Numbered from the stretch's first letter, positions 1-11,811 are shown. The stretch: DNA of 64,000 nucleotides from an uncultured delta proteobacterium (GCA_963769935.1 CAVYNY010000022.1:710941-774940), one strand, 5' to 3'. Numbers and translations: made by a program. The notes: a model not told the origin generated them from the sequence alone.

Positions 1-334
1 GATAAATTTTGCTCTTGGCATCATAACGGGCGTGAAACGATTCGTCGACTCGTCGACAATCTTTAATCACAATATCATCCGGTAATAAACTGTTGAGTCC
101 TTTTTGAATTGCTTCCGGCGCCAATTCCGTTTCGCAGCGGAAATTGGCCACCTGACCGCAGGCATGCACGCCGGCGTCCGTCCGTCCGGAGGCGCATAGA
201 ACGACCTGTCTGGCGGTCATTGCCAGCAACGCCTTTTCGATTTCCGCCTGAACACTCCGATCTTCCTTTTGGCGCTGCCAACCATGGTAATCGGTGCCGT
301 CGTACTCAATGATCATTTTAAAATTTTTGACCAT
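1..334 (-). CDS. truA: tRNA pseudouridine(38-40) synthase, 5' part (runs off window start)
   Basis: Manual translation from ATG at 334: MVKNFKMIIEYDGTDYHGWQRQ...ASGRTDAGVHACGQVANF...FHARYDAKSKIY, containing the TruA YDGT/GWQ, GRTDAGVHA and FHAR motifs. Not in the ORF track. Confidence 0.93.
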   Translation of the reverse strand, partial: MVKNFKMIIEYDGTDYHGWQRQKEDRSVQAEIEKALLAMTARQVVLCASGRTDAGVHACGQVANFRCETELAPEAIQKGLNSLLPDDIVIKDCRRVDESFHARYDAKSKIY

Positions 335-396
335 GGGTCGTCTATCCCGTTTATTCCAACATTGAAAGCCTGGCCCTTTGGCACAGGATTTTTTAC

Positions 397-1308
397 TTAT
401 ATCAACAACGCCGCGGACAGCGAAATAAATGATAACAGGGTTGACAGCGCGATGGCGGCCGAGGCGAGTTTCGTATCACTGTTCAATTGGGAGGAAAGGA
501 TATACAGTGCCGGCGAGGTGGGTAAAGCAAAATAGATCAGGCCCACTTTCAGGGCGATGCCCGAAACCCCGAACGCCGTTAAGAACAGGAAACCGGCGGC
601 CGGCAGTACGAGCAGCTTGAATGTCGATGCAATCAGCGACAGTTTAAAATGATCTTTGATGCCGTCCAATGATAGCGCTCCGCCGATGGAAAGCATGGCC
701 ATCGGCAGGGCTACGAATGAACACAACCGCAGCGTGCTGTCTATGAACGGCGGGAAGCCTTGCGCCCAATGGGCGTACAATATACCGCAGATGCAGGCCA
801 GTATCAGGGGGTTGGTGATTAAACCTTTAGCGGTCTGGCGGATACGCTCGGCCGGCAGCATTTTTACTCCTGAGAACCAGATGAGGGTGGATACACACAG
901 CACATTGATGATGGGAATGATTATCCCGATTAAAATTCCGAAATGCTGGATGCCTTCCTCGCCGAGCGCAGTCAAGACAATGGCCACACCAATGTACGAG
1001 TTGAATCGGTAACAGCCTTGCGAGAAGGAGCCTGCTTTATAGTCGGGCACTTTGCAAAGCACGATGAAGGTCGTGCTCAGCACATAAACGGTCAATACAG
1101 CACAAATGACGGCTTTGTACAGGCCGGAGCTGCTGGACAAAGCCGTGGAAGCGCCGCCGATTTTCCAGAAAAGCAGCAGGGGGAAGAAAATATAGTAAAC
1201 AAGCCGGTCGGCCGTTTTCAGGAACACATCATTTGTAAGCTGCCAACGCTTCAACAAACTGCCGAAAAAAATCAATGCAAAAACCGGAAACAGACTATTT
1301 AAGACCAT
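397..1308 (-). CDS. AEC (auxin efflux carrier) family transporter
   Basis: About 10 hydrophobic helices; motifs LVYYIFFPLLLF, RFNSYIG, NPLILA, LPTSPALYILSSQL. Start set at MVLNSLFP (1308) rather than 1356. Confidence 0.85.
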   Translation of the reverse strand: MVLNSLFPVFALIFFGSLLKRWQLTNDVFLKTADRLVYYIFFPLLLFWKIGGASTALSSSSGLYKAVICAVLTVYVLSTTFIVLCKVPDYKAGSFSQGCYRFNSYIGVAIVLTALGEEGIQHFGILIGIIIPIINVLCVSTLIWFSGVKMLPAERIRQTAKGLITNPLILACICGILYAHWAQGFPPFIDSTLRLCSFVALPMAMLSIGGALSLDGIKDHFKLSLIASTFKLLVLPAAGFLFLTAFGVSGIALKVGLIYFALPTSPALYILSSQLNSDTKLASAAIALSTLLSFISLSAALLI

Positions 1309-1413
1309 ATATGTTAATTGACAATTTTGTGCGATTCTGTCAAATGAAACCCTCACCAGCCGGATGATATTTTTTAAAGATGAAGTCTTACGGATAAGAA
1401 TAAAAGGAAAAAT

Positions 1414-2601
1414 ATGATGGAAAAGATGGGATGTCCGGGTTTTAAAGCTGCGGGAACGGCATGCGGACTGAAAAAAAACGGACGCAAGGATCTGGGACTT
1501 ATTTATTCGGAACTGCCGGCCAATGTTGCCGGATTATTTACCCGCAATCGGGTGCAGGCGGCTCCGGTCCTGCTCGACCGGCGACGAATCAGCACCGGCA
1601 TCTGCCGCGGCCTTATTGTAAACAGCGGTAACGCCAACTGCTGCACCGGGGAGCAGGGCATGCAGGCTGCGCTGCGGATGGCGCAAACAGCTGCCCGCAG
1701 CCTGGGAGTGGCCGAAGAAGAGATGCTGGTGGCGTCGACGGGAGTCATCGGCGAGCCGTTGCCCGTGGAAAAAATAGAGGCCGCCGTCCCGGGGTTGATC
1801 GCCGCCATGCACCCAGAGGGAATCGGGGATCTCGCCGAAGCGATCATGACCACGGATACCGTCCCCAAGGTTGTCCGCCGCCAGGCGGAACTTGAGGGCA
1901 AAACATTTACCGTGGCAGCCGTAGCCAAAGGGGCCGGCATGATCCGTCCGGATATGGCCACTATGCTGTGTTTTGTCATGACCGATATTCAGGCCTCGGC
2001 CGCTGCGCTCAGGGAGATGCTGGCGGAATCGGTCGATCGCTCCTTAAACCGGATCACAGTGGATGGGGATACGAGCACCAACGACACGGTTCTCTTAATG
2101 GCCAACGGCCTGTCCGGCATCGCGGTTGATAATCAGATCCAGCGGCATGCGTTTCAGTCCGTACTTGATGATGTTCTGATCACCATGGCCAAATGGCTGA
2201 TCAAAGATGGCGAGGGGGCCACCAAGCTGGTAGAAGTTATCGTTAAGGGTGCGGCATCGGATCAGGATGCCCACAGGATTGCCGACACGATTGCCAATTC
2301 CAATCTGACCAAGACGGCCCTCTTCGGCGAAGACGCCAACTGGGGCAGAATTCTGGCAGCCGCCGGCCGTGCCGGGGTGCCGCTTGAGCCGGTAAAAATT
2401 GATATTGCGTTCGGACCGGTTTTAATGGTGCAAAACGGTCTCGGCTGCGGTAAGGCGGTGGAGGCCGAGGCCACCAGAATTCTCAAGCAACCCGAGTTCG
2501 AGATTACCATTGATCTGAAAATGGGCAGTGGGACCGCCAGCGTCTTCACCTGCGATTTTTCCATCGACTATGTAAAAATCAACGCGAATTATAGAACGTA
2601 A
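1414..2601 (+). CDS. argJ: Bifunctional ornithine acetyltransferase/N-acetylglutamate synthase
   Basis: GLKKNGRKDL, NSGNAN, STGVIG, IMTTDT, KGAGMIRPDMATML, DTSTND, DGEGATK, DANWGR motifs. Confidence 0.97.
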   Translation: MMEKMGCPGFKAAGTACGLKKNGRKDLGLIYSELPANVAGLFTRNRVQAAPVLLDRRRISTGICRGLIVNSGNANCCTGEQGMQAALRMAQTAARSLGVAEEEMLVASTGVIGEPLPVEKIEAAVPGLIAAMHPEGIGDLAEAIMTTDTVPKVVRRQAELEGKTFTVAAVAKGAGMIRPDMATMLCFVMTDIQASAAALREMLAESVDRSLNRITVDGDTSTNDTVLLMANGLSGIAVDNQIQRHAFQSVLDDVLITMAKWLIKDGEGATKLVEVIVKGAASDQDAHRIADTIANSNLTKTALFGEDANWGRILAAAGRAGVPLEPVKIDIAFGPVLMVQNGLGCGKAVEAEATRILKQPEFEITIDLKMGSGTASVFTCDFSIDYVKINANYRT

Positions 2602-2607
2602 TCCTGA

Positions 2608-2735
2608 TCCGCCGGAGGCGGAGAATTGAAAATTGAATATTGAAAATTGAATATTTTTGGATGTCGCTTCGCTCCGTTTTTCTAAAAATGGCCAGAATTT
2701 CTTAAATATTCAATATTCAATCGAAAATATTCAAT
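2608..2735. repeat. Inverted heptamer-arm element (WATTGAA)n...(TTCAATW)n, preceded by mini-hairpin TCCGCC-GGA-GGCGGA
   Basis: Left arm AATTGAA AATTGAA TATTGAA AATTGAA (2624-2651); right arm TTCAATA TTCAATC..TTCAAT (to 2735). Fills the argJ-pseudouridine synthase spacer. Confidence 0.8.
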
Positions 2736-2746
2736 AATCCATAGCC

Positions 2747-3472
2747 ATGACCCTCATGCGCCTTCAAAAGTTTCTTTCCGCGGCCGGCGTCTGCTCGCGC
2801 CGGAAAGGCGAGGAATACATCAAAGCCGGGCGGGTTGCCGTCAACGGCCAAATTGCAGCTGAACTCGGCACAAAAATTGATCCGGACAGGGATCTGGTGC
2901 AGGTGGACGGAAAATCGGTCAAATCTTCCCAGCCTTATGTTTATATCGCATTGAACAAACCGCAGGAGTATGTCACCAGCTGCAGCCATCCGGGCGAAAA
3001 GGTTGTGATTGACCTGGTGGATATTTCCCAGCGGATTTATCCGATCGGCAGACTGGATAAAGATTCCACCGGCCTGTTGCTTTTAACCAATGACGGACGG
3101 CTGCACCATCGGCTCAGCCATCCCTCCTTTGACCATGAAAAGGAATACGACGTCACCACGGCCCAAACCATCACGGATGGTGCCTTGGCCAAACTGGCCG
3201 CCGGGCTGCCGCTGATGGGCACCAAAACCCGCCCGGCACGGGTCCGTCGGATATCAGGCAAAAGGTTTCGGATTATTTTACAGGAAGGGAGAAACCGCCA
3301 AATCCGCCGCATGGTTCGTAAAGTGGGCGGTCAGGTGACCCGGCTTAAACGCATCCGGGTCGGCGACGTCAACCTGGGGCGCCTGCCCCTGGGAAGCTGG
3401 CGCCATTTAACCGAGAAAGAAACGCATCATCTCCTATCCCCGATTATTCGGGACGAGCAAGGACAAATTTAG
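2747..3472 (+). CDS. rRNA pseudouridine synthase, RsuA/RluB/RluF family with S4 domain
   Basis: MRLQKFLSAAGVCSRR (S4), LNKP, GRLDKDSTGLLLLTNDG, EGRNRQIRRM. Confidence 0.93.
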   Translation: MTLMRLQKFLSAAGVCSRRKGEEYIKAGRVAVNGQIAAELGTKIDPDRDLVQVDGKSVKSSQPYVYIALNKPQEYVTSCSHPGEKVVIDLVDISQRIYPIGRLDKDSTGLLLLTNDGRLHHRLSHPSFDHEKEYDVTTAQTITDGALAKLAAGLPLMGTKTRPARVRRISGKRFRIILQEGRNRQIRRMVRKVGGQVTRLKRIRVGDVNLGRLPLGSWRHLTEKETHHLLSPIIRDEQGQI

Positions 3473-3636
3473 AATATTCTGCGATGTCGACAATTCCTCT
3501 CACTTCTACCTATTTTGCTGAAACTTGGAAACTTTTGTGGTACTATTTTCACAAGGCTTCTGTGAGATCAACGCTTTTTTTTATATTTTTGCTGAGCGCA
3601 GTCTAAAATTGAATAAAAAAGGGTGGAGCAGCAATT

Positions 3637-4947
3637 ATGATTACCTTTGAAGCATTGATTGCCAGGCAAACTAAGATTGCCATAGTCGGTCTGGGATATG
3701 TCGGCTTGCCACTGGCGGTTCAGCTGGCAGACCATTTTTCGGTTGTCGGATTTGATTTGAAGACCAAAAGAATTCAGGAGCTTCGATCCGGCTTTGACCG
3801 CACCCTCGAAACTTCAAAAGCGCAGCTCGGCAAATCCGATTTACACTATACGGATGATCCGGCAGACCTGACAGCCTGCCGGCTGATTATAATAGCCGTT
3901 CCAACCCCCATTGACGAATACCGGATTCCGGACCTGAGTCCGCTGCGGGGAGCATCGCAAATCGTCGGAAAGCATTTGCAAAAGGATTCATGCGTTGTCT
4001 ATGAATCCACCGTATACCCGGGAGCTACCGAAGAGGTTTGCATCCCGATTCTGGAGGCGGAATCCGGTTTGAAGTGTGGGCAGGATTTTACGGCGGGATA
4101 CTCTCCGGAGCGCATTAATCCGGGTGACAAGGTTCACACGTTGGACAGAATCATGAAGATTGTCGCCGGCTCGGACCCAGCCACTTGCGAGATGCTGTCC
4201 AAGGTGTACGGCAAGGTCGTGCAGGCGGGAATCCATCGCGCATCCTCAATTAAAGTGGCCGAGGCTGCCAAAGTGATCGAGAATACTCAGCGGGATCTGA
4301 ATATTGCCCTGATGAACGAGCTGGCCAAGATATTTGAGATTATCGGCATTGACACCCATGAGGTTCTGGAAGCCGCAGGAACGAAATGGAATTTTTTGCC
4401 GTTCAGGCCCGGCCTGGTGGGCGGCCATTGTATCGGTGTCGATCCCTATTATCTGACATTCAAGGCCGAGGCTTTGGGCTATCACCCTGAAATGATTCTG
4501 GCGGGCCGGCGGATCAACGACGGCATGGGCAAACATATTGCCGAGCGGACGGTGAAAATGCTCATCGGGGCCGGCAAACAGGTGCGCGGCGCCCGGGTGG
4601 CCATACTGGGCATCACGTTCAAGGAAGACGTGCCCGACCTGCGCAACACCAGGGTGGTCGATATCATCAAGGAATTAAAAGATTACGGTATCAACGTTCT
4701 GGTCAGCGACCCGCTGGCCGACCCGGACGAGGCGCAAAAATACTATGGCGTAGAACTGCTGCCCCTCGAAGCGATTCGAGCTGTGGATGCCGTCATTCTG
4801 GCCGTCATGCACAAGGCCTACCGCGAAGGTGGTTTGGAGGGTCTCGCGCGGTTGGGCACCGACAGCAAGGCACTGATTGTGGATGTCAAAGGGTGTTTCA
4901 GCCCGACCCAGGCCCTAGAAATGGGCCTTTCATACTGGCGGCTGTGA
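3637..4947 (+). CDS. Nucleotide-sugar dehydrogenase (UDP-HexNAc dehydrogenase, TviB/WbpO-like)
   Basis: GLGYVGLP, YESTVYPG, YSPERINPG, KVIENTQRDLNIA, GLVGGHCIGVDPYYL. Confidence 0.92.
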   Translation: MITFEALIARQTKIAIVGLGYVGLPLAVQLADHFSVVGFDLKTKRIQELRSGFDRTLETSKAQLGKSDLHYTDDPADLTACRLIIIAVPTPIDEYRIPDLSPLRGASQIVGKHLQKDSCVVYESTVYPGATEEVCIPILEAESGLKCGQDFTAGYSPERINPGDKVHTLDRIMKIVAGSDPATCEMLSKVYGKVVQAGIHRASSIKVAEAAKVIENTQRDLNIALMNELAKIFEIIGIDTHEVLEAAGTKWNFLPFRPGLVGGHCIGVDPYYLTFKAEALGYHPEMILAGRRINDGMGKHIAERTVKMLIGAGKQVRGARVAILGITFKEDVPDLRNTRVVDIIKELKDYGINVLVSDPLADPDEAQKYYGVELLPLEAIRAVDAVILAVMHKAYREGGLEGLARLGTDSKALIVDVKGCFSPTQALEMGLSYWRL

Positions 4948-5050
4948 TTCAAGGTCCGACCGGGGCTGTAAATTCAGTTTGTATTTTGCCTTAAAATTAG
5001 ATACGTTTCTCGGCACCGGAAAATAATCAGCGCTGAAAGGATTACCGCCA

Positions 5051-5728
5051 ATGCTTCACAACAAGTATGAAGAGATAAGACACCTCATCTGGCAAGAAGA
5101 GAAAAAGCATCTGATGAAAAAAGTTGCTTTTGACCTGATAGTTAGTGATGCGTTGCGAATCGGCGAGTTTATACTTTACTCCGGGAAAAAGAGCCCCTAT
5201 TACATCGACCTCCGGCAGACAATCTCAGATCCGGCGACCATGGATTTGATTGCCGAATCCCTGGCTCGAATCATAGACAATGAAGTTGGCCGCGACAAAT
5301 TCGACAAGATAATGGGAGTTCCGACAGCGGGCGTCCCTTTCACGGCCCTCGTGTGCCAAAAGTTGTCCAAGCCCATGCTCTACTACCGCAAGGAAAAGAA
5401 AGAACATGGTGTCCGCAAAAAAATTGAAGGCAAGATGGATGCAAATGACCGCATCCTCATGATAGACGATCTTATCACCACCGGTAAGAGTGTGGTTCAG
5501 GCGGCAGAAGGCGCCCGGGAGCAAGGCGGACAGGTCACCGAGCTGGTAGTGCTTTTAGACAGAGAGCAGGGAGGGCGCGAATTCCTCCTGTCCAACAACA
5601 TCCGGCCCCACGTTCTATTCAACGTTTCCGAGGCCTTTAAATGGCTCAATGAAGTCAAGTTGCTGAGCGACGATCTTTACCAGGTGATCACGGATTATAT
5701 CCAAGCAGAAAAAGAATCCCGGGGGTGA
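5051..5728 (+). CDS. pyrE: Orotate phosphoribosyltransferase
   Basis: SGKKSPYYIDLR, RKEKKEHG, PRPP-binding ILMIDDLITTGKS, LLDREQGG. Confidence 0.88.
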   Translation: MLHNKYEEIRHLIWQEEKKHLMKKVAFDLIVSDALRIGEFILYSGKKSPYYIDLRQTISDPATMDLIAESLARIIDNEVGRDKFDKIMGVPTAGVPFTALVCQKLSKPMLYYRKEKKEHGVRKKIEGKMDANDRILMIDDLITTGKSVVQAAEGAREQGGQVTELVVLLDREQGGREFLLSNNIRPHVLFNVSEAFKWLNEVKLLSDDLYQVITDYIQAEKESRG

Positions 5729-5890
5729 GCAAAAACTCATATGGGATTGCAACGGTCGGCGCCTGCGGGCGGAAATCATCATTTGTTCGTTGCCGGGTGG
5801 GGAAAATCTTGTCCGGCAAACATATTAAACCGGCCCGACTGTTGAATGGAGAGGTTGGTTGCAAGTCATCCAGACAAGCCTGATGGCGGT

Positions 5891-6652
5891 CTAAACTGCG
5901 CTCGCACCGCCATCCACCAACAGCGTCTGTCCGGTGATAAAATCCGAGGCTTCCGAACATAAGAATAAAACGGGCCAGGCCACGTCCACCGGCGCAGCAA
6001 TTCTTCCCAGGGGAATGGTTTTTACGATTTGCTCATAAAGATTTGCATCCGACCAGAACGGCTCACTGAATTTGGTGCGAACCATGCAGGGTGCGACCGC
6101 GTTGGCCTGAATGTTAAAGGGAGCCAATTCCTGGGCCATAACCTTGGTCATCATCTCAAGGCCGGCCTTGGCCACCCCGTAAATTCCCATAAAGGGCGCC
6201 GAACGCCTTGCGGCAATCGATGATATGCTTACAATCTTGCCTTTTTTCTGTCCCCGCATGAGTTGACCCGCTTTACGAGCACACAAAAATGCACCGTTCA
6301 AATTGCTGTCGATGATTTTATTCCATAGTCCGGGGTCGGCATCTACCAAGCCCGTCGCAATGTTCATACCTACGTTGTTGATGAGTCCGTCGATGCGGCC
6401 GAAGGCCTCGATGGCCGTTTGGAACAGCCGGTCAACTTCTTCGGTCTTGGCGACATGGGCTTGAACGGTTTTTAAACAGTCGCCGGCATTGATCGCCGCA
6501 GCGGCCGCATCCAATCCTTCCTGTTTGCGGCCGCAAATTACAACCTTGGCTTTCTGATTCAACAGAAGTCCGGCGATTTCCAACCCTATACCCCGGCTGC
6601 CGCCGGTCACAACAAATACTTTATTTTCAAGATTGAAAGACAATTGCGCCAT
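5891..6652 (-). CDS. SDR family NAD(P)-dependent oxidoreductase
   Basis: TGGSRGIG, INNVG, YGVAK (YxxxK), NAVAP, FITGQTLLVDGG. Confidence 0.93.
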   Translation of the reverse strand: MAQLSFNLENKVFVVTGGSRGIGLEIAGLLLNQKAKVVICGRKQEGLDAAAAAINAGDCLKTVQAHVAKTEEVDRLFQTAIEAFGRIDGLINNVGMNIATGLVDADPGLWNKIIDSNLNGAFLCARKAGQLMRGQKKGKIVSISSIAARRSAPFMGIYGVAKAGLEMMTKVMAQELAPFNIQANAVAPCMVRTKFSEPFWSDANLYEQIVKTIPLGRIAAPVDVAWPVLFLCSEASDFITGQTLLVDGGASAV

Positions 6653-6695
6653 GGCGTCTTCCTTATTTCTGTTCTCTGTCTTCCGGCCGCTGCTC

Positions 6696-8501
6696 TTATT
6701 CGATATAGAGCTTTTGTCCAGGATAGATTTTACTTCCGGAATAAAGCTGGTTTAAAAAAAGCAGGCGATTGAGCGACATATTGTGACGGACGGCGATTAC
6801 GAAAGGACTGTCGCCCGGCTTCACCTCATAGGTAGACAATCCGTCGACCGCCGCCGGCGCCTTGTCGCCCGCAAAAATCGTCAGGAGCTGCCCCTGATAA
6901 AGATTGGTGGTAGTCAGATTGTTAAGTTCCTGGATTTTGGTCGTCGTCGTGCCGTATTTTCTGGCGATGGTCCACAGCGAATCGCCTTTGGCGACGATGT
7001 GGGTAACGGTCTCGGCATACGCCGCCTGCCGGACAGTCTGCGGTTCACTTTTCATATAACCGCGCTGGGGAACTTTTAAGCGTTGACCGGCCACAATGAA
7101 ATTTGAACGACGCAAATTATTGGCCCGCATAATTCCGCCGACGCTGGTACGATACTTTCGTGCAATAACCGACAGTGTTTCTCCGTGCCGAACACGGTGA
7201 TAGACATACGCCGGCTGGGGAGGATTCGATATGGGAATTTGATCCAATTGGGCCAGCAGCGATTCGCCGGAGCCCTGCGGAATTTTAAGCGCATAGTTGT
7301 CGCCCGGTAAGATGTGATAACGCAGTTCCGGATTCAGCTCTTTTAAAACCTGATCATCGACATGGATAAATTTGGCTACATCTTTCAGACTGACCTGTTT
7401 GTTGACAAGGACGGTATCGAATTCCAGGGGCGGCTCGACGGAGACCTGATCCAGCCCATACTTTTCCAGGTTGTTCAGCACGTGCAGGGTGGCCAGAAAG
7501 CGCGGCACGTAGCGGGCGGTTTCCCGGGGCAGGCGTTCGTACAGATCCCAGAAGTTGTCCAGGTAGTTGACATTTTGACTGCGAATGACCATCAATACCC
7601 TTCCTTCACCGCAATTGTAGGCTGCCAGAACTGTGGCCCAGTCACCGAATATGTTGTGAAGTTCTTTGAGATATTCGATGGCGGCCTCGGTTGACTTGGC
7701 CGGGTCCATGCGCTCATCGACGAATTTGTTGCGATGCAGGCCGAATTTATAGCCGGTTGAGGGAATAAACTGCCACAGGCCCAGGGCCCTGGATCTTGAA
7801 AGGGCATTGACCTTGAAGCCGCTTTCGATTAACGGCAGCCATGACAACTCTTCCGGCAAGCCGGCTTCCCGGAAAGCCTTTGCAATATCCTGGCGATAAC
7901 GGCCGGAGCGCCGGAAGGCTTCCTTAAAAAAGCTGCTTTCGCTGCCTTCCGTGAAAAGGTTGATCTCAGCTTGAACGTGTTGATTTACAACCACCGGAAT
8001 CTCATTATGGCTTCCGTTGACCACGATATTACGCGAAGCATAGATTTCCAGAATGCGTTTGGAAATCATAAAGCGCAAGTCTTCTTTTTGCTGAATAAGT
8101 TTGGGTTGATCCGCCGTATCAACACCCAGAATTAAGGCATAGGCCCGATCCAGAGCATCCAATGCATTTTCGAGTTCACCCTGCTGCCAGTAGTCCTGGG
8201 ATGATTCACATAACTCGAGGGCTTCATCAAGATCCGTCTGGATCTTCTGGGTGGAAGAGGCATCGGTTTCCAGGCCGTCATCACTTTTCGCCTGCCCGGC
8301 GGTGGCGTTTCCGGCATCTGTTTGATCCGGCTCACTATCGGCAGTAGAATCCAGCTGTTGATCTTCTCCTGCCGCAAGGCCGGCGGTTTTTTCCTGAAGA
8401 TTGGGGTTGGGTGATCCATTATGGTTGAAAGAAACGTGGGAGCATGCGCTTAAGAAAAAAAGCAGCAGAATGGGCGGAAACAACTGGCGTAGATTCATCA
8501 A
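6696..8501 (-). CDS. MltD-like lytic transglycosylase lipoprotein with C-terminal LysM repeats
   Basis: Lipobox LSAC; SLT motifs IESGF, GLWQF, AAYNCGEG, LPRETARYVP; three LysM repeats (HRVRHGETLS, HIVAKGDSLW, YEVKPGDSPF). Confidence 0.92.
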   Translation of the reverse strand: MMNLRQLFPPILLLFFLSACSHVSFNHNGSPNPNLQEKTAGLAAGEDQQLDSTADSEPDQTDAGNATAGQAKSDDGLETDASSTQKIQTDLDEALELCESSQDYWQQGELENALDALDRAYALILGVDTADQPKLIQQKEDLRFMISKRILEIYASRNIVVNGSHNEIPVVVNQHVQAEINLFTEGSESSFFKEAFRRSGRYRQDIAKAFREAGLPEELSWLPLIESGFKVNALSRSRALGLWQFIPSTGYKFGLHRNKFVDERMDPAKSTEAAIEYLKELHNIFGDWATVLAAYNCGEGRVLMVIRSQNVNYLDNFWDLYERLPRETARYVPRFLATLHVLNNLEKYGLDQVSVEPPLEFDTVLVNKQVSLKDVAKFIHVDDQVLKELNPELRYHILPGDNYALKIPQGSGESLLAQLDQIPISNPPQPAYVYHRVRHGETLSVIARKYRTSVGGIMRANNLRRSNFIVAGQRLKVPQRGYMKSEPQTVRQAAYAETVTHIVAKGDSLWTIARKYGTTTTKIQELNNLTTTNLYQGQLLTIFAGDKAPAAVDGLSTYEVKPGDSPFVIAVRHNMSLNRLLFLNQLYSGSKIYPGQKLYIE

Positions 8502-9010
8502 TTCAATTCCTTAGGGTAGTCAGATATTCAAAACAACTTTCGGAAACCGGCGCTCATTTTTGATTTTAATTTGCACACAAGTATTGATTAATCAAAAATA
8601 AGTAAAATTGTCAAGGGTTTATAAAATTTTTTTTTATCGATAAAAGAAACCGGCTGCCGGGGGATATTTCAACTATCCCTTTCGATCAATGCTAATTTTA
8701 TGCCAAAATTTTCAAAGTCCCTTTTCAAATCAAAAATAATGCTTATTTTGCAGAGCTGTACACAGGAACGACAGTTGATTCCGGATATAATTTCTTACGA
8801 GGGGGGGCGTTGATATCATTAAAATTTTTTATATTTGACGGGAACTGCAGGCGTCCAAACCGAAAAATCAGACAAATTTTTGACGGTTAATTTTAATTAT
8901 TGAAATTTAAGCAGATTTATCATATACGTAAAGACAACCTTTTTTATGTGTATTATGGATAGCGGGGAGCCGAAAATAAAATCAGACGATCATCTGCTTT
9001 TGACTTTCAA

Positions 9011-9145
9011 TATTCCATTTTTCCAGTATTCCATTATTCCATGAGTTTTCTGGCGGCAAACACCACCCCTCTCTCCGAGCCGTAGGCTCTGCGAGCCGGA
9101 AGCTGGAGTGAAGTCAAAGCCCGGCCCTCTGGGCCAGGATTCTTT
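9011..9145. repeat. 8-bp TATTCCAN array plus GTAG-hairpin (REP-like) unit
   Basis: TATTCCAT TTTTCCAG TATTCCAT TATTCCAT (9011-9042); CGTAGGCTC-TGC-GAGCC hairpin (9081-9097), related to 58862-58878. Confidence 0.55.
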
Positions 9146-9419
9146 ACATATACTGGAGGTTACATTTTGACGTTACGGGTACTTTAAATTGGGCAGAAGC
9201 AATTTTTAAAGGATTTGTTTGAAATTTAGAGAAAATCGATAATTAAAGATAAAATAAGCAATTATAGTCTTATAATCGGATTTTATGATGAATAGTTGTA
9301 TTTTATTGGACTTGATATTTTCATTAGAGATCGTTAAAAAAGTTTGTTTTAAGTGTAGGGGGCCTGTCTCAACCATTATCAATCATTTTTGATATGATTT
9401 TAAGAGGTTAAGTTGTGAG

Positions 9420-9495
9420 GCCAGCGTAGCTCAGCTGGTAGAGCAACTGATTTGTAATCAGTAGGCCGGGGGTTCGAATCCCTTCGCTGGCTCCA
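9420..9495 (+). tRNA. tRNA-Thr(TGT)
   Basis: Cloverleaf GCCAGCG...CGCTGGC, anticodon arm ACTGA-TTTGTAA-TCAGT, TTCGAAT loop, encoded CCA. Confidence 0.96.
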
Positions 9496-9668
9496 GATGT
9501 AATTTCGGCCGCAGCCGTCTGGCGGAGCCGGCTGAAAATGAATGTTGCCGAGACAATAAGGCTCATAATCCTAATTTTAAAGGTTCGGCTGGATCCGGAG
9601 GATGACGGGCACGATAATCATCGTCCGACCTCGCAGGGTCTCCGGACCAATTTGTCAATAACCAGCAC

Positions 9669-9753
9669 GGTGGGGTTCCCGAGCGGCCAAAGGGAACAGA
9701 CTGTAAATCTGTCGGCGAAGCCTACGGAGGTTCGAATCCTCCCCCCACCACCA
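9669..9753 (+). tRNA. tRNA-Tyr(GTA)
   Basis: GGTGGGG...CCCCACC, anticodon arm ACAGA-CTGTAAA-TCTGT, long variable arm, CCA. Confidence 0.96.
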
Positions 9754-9914
9754 GCCTGAAGATAAGGCGTATGTAGGAGATTTCGGAACATTATATCGGG
9801 ATCGTTGAGAGACTACATGGCTTCCTGCAGGAGTTTATTGCACGGTTAGAGGAACCTTTTGTCGTTGCCTTCACTGATGTCTCTGTGTCGGGGATAACGC
9901 CTGTAATCGTACGA

Positions 9915-9990
9915 GCGGGAGTAGCTCAGTTGGTAGAGCTTCAGCCTTCCAAGCTGGATGTCGCGAGTTCGAGTCTCGTCTCCCGCTCCA
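9915..9990 (+). tRNA. tRNA-Gly(TCC)
   Basis: GCGGGAG...CTCCCGC, anticodon loop CTTCCAA, CCA. Confidence 0.96.
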
Positions 9991-10060
9991 GACTGATTTT
10001 TTTATGGAGATTTACCCGAGCAGGTAAAAAGGGAAACTAAAAAGGTACCCAATACAAATC

Positions 10061-10137
10061 GCCCACGTAGCTCAGTAGGTAGAGCGCTTCCTTGGTAAGG
10101 AAGAGGTTCAACGGTTCGATTCCGTTCGTGGGCTCCA
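10061..10137 (+). tRNA. tRNA-Thr(GGT)
   Basis: GCCCACG...CGTGGGC, anticodon arm CTTCC-TTGGTAA-GGAAG, CCA; canonical position upstream of tuf. Confidence 0.96.
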
Positions 10138-10257
10138 CTGAAAAACCTGCCGGTCAAATTACGATCGCAACTTGGGTGCGGTCTTTACGCGGGTTGCATT
10201 TTCAGACGGAAACCTCGACATGAAATAATATCCTAAAAACCATGGGAGGAAGGAACG

Positions 10258-11453
<1,196 letters not shown>

Positions 11454-11472
11454 AAGCTAAGGAGTCCTTCAG

Positions 11473-11622
11473 GTGAGAATAATTGTTACCCTTGCATGCA
11501 CTGAATGCAAACGCAGAAATTACTCGACAACCAAGAATAAGCGCACGACGCCGGATAAGCTGGAATTTAGCAAATATTGCCGGTTTTGCCGCAAGCATAC
11601 GCCGCATAAGGAAACAAAATAG
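11473..11622 (+). CDS. rpmG: 50S ribosomal protein L33 (Zn-ribbon form)
   Basis: Manual translation from [52 protein letters not shown]. Confidence 0.95.
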   Translation: MRIIVTLACTECKRRNYSTTKNKRTTPDKLEFSKYCRFCRKHTPHKETK

Positions 11623-11735
11623 GCGATCACACGCGGATCAAGCAGATCGAGGGACGCAGCATTGTCGTAATTCAATACAGGAACTTGCAAACTCGGCTGA
11701 TCATTGGCAATTGCCAATTGCGAAACCGATGATGC

Positions 11736-11811
11736 AGGCCAGTAGCTCTAACGGTAGAGCATCGGACTCCAAATCCGGGTGTTGGGGGTTCGAATCCCTC
11801 CTGGCCTGCCA
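11736..11811 (+). tRNA. tRNA-Trp(CCA)
   Basis: AGGCCAG...CTGGCCT, anticodon loop CTCCAAA, CCA; usual rpmG-tRNA-Trp-secE position. Confidence 0.96.

Noticed and set aside
8502..9419. ~900-bp AT-rich region before the tRNA cluster as an integrated element, ncRNA or origin
   Set aside because: I saw no integrase, no duplicated tRNA 3' end, no DnaA-box cluster and no recognisable RNA family. It is consistent with divergent promoter DNA plus a small repeat.
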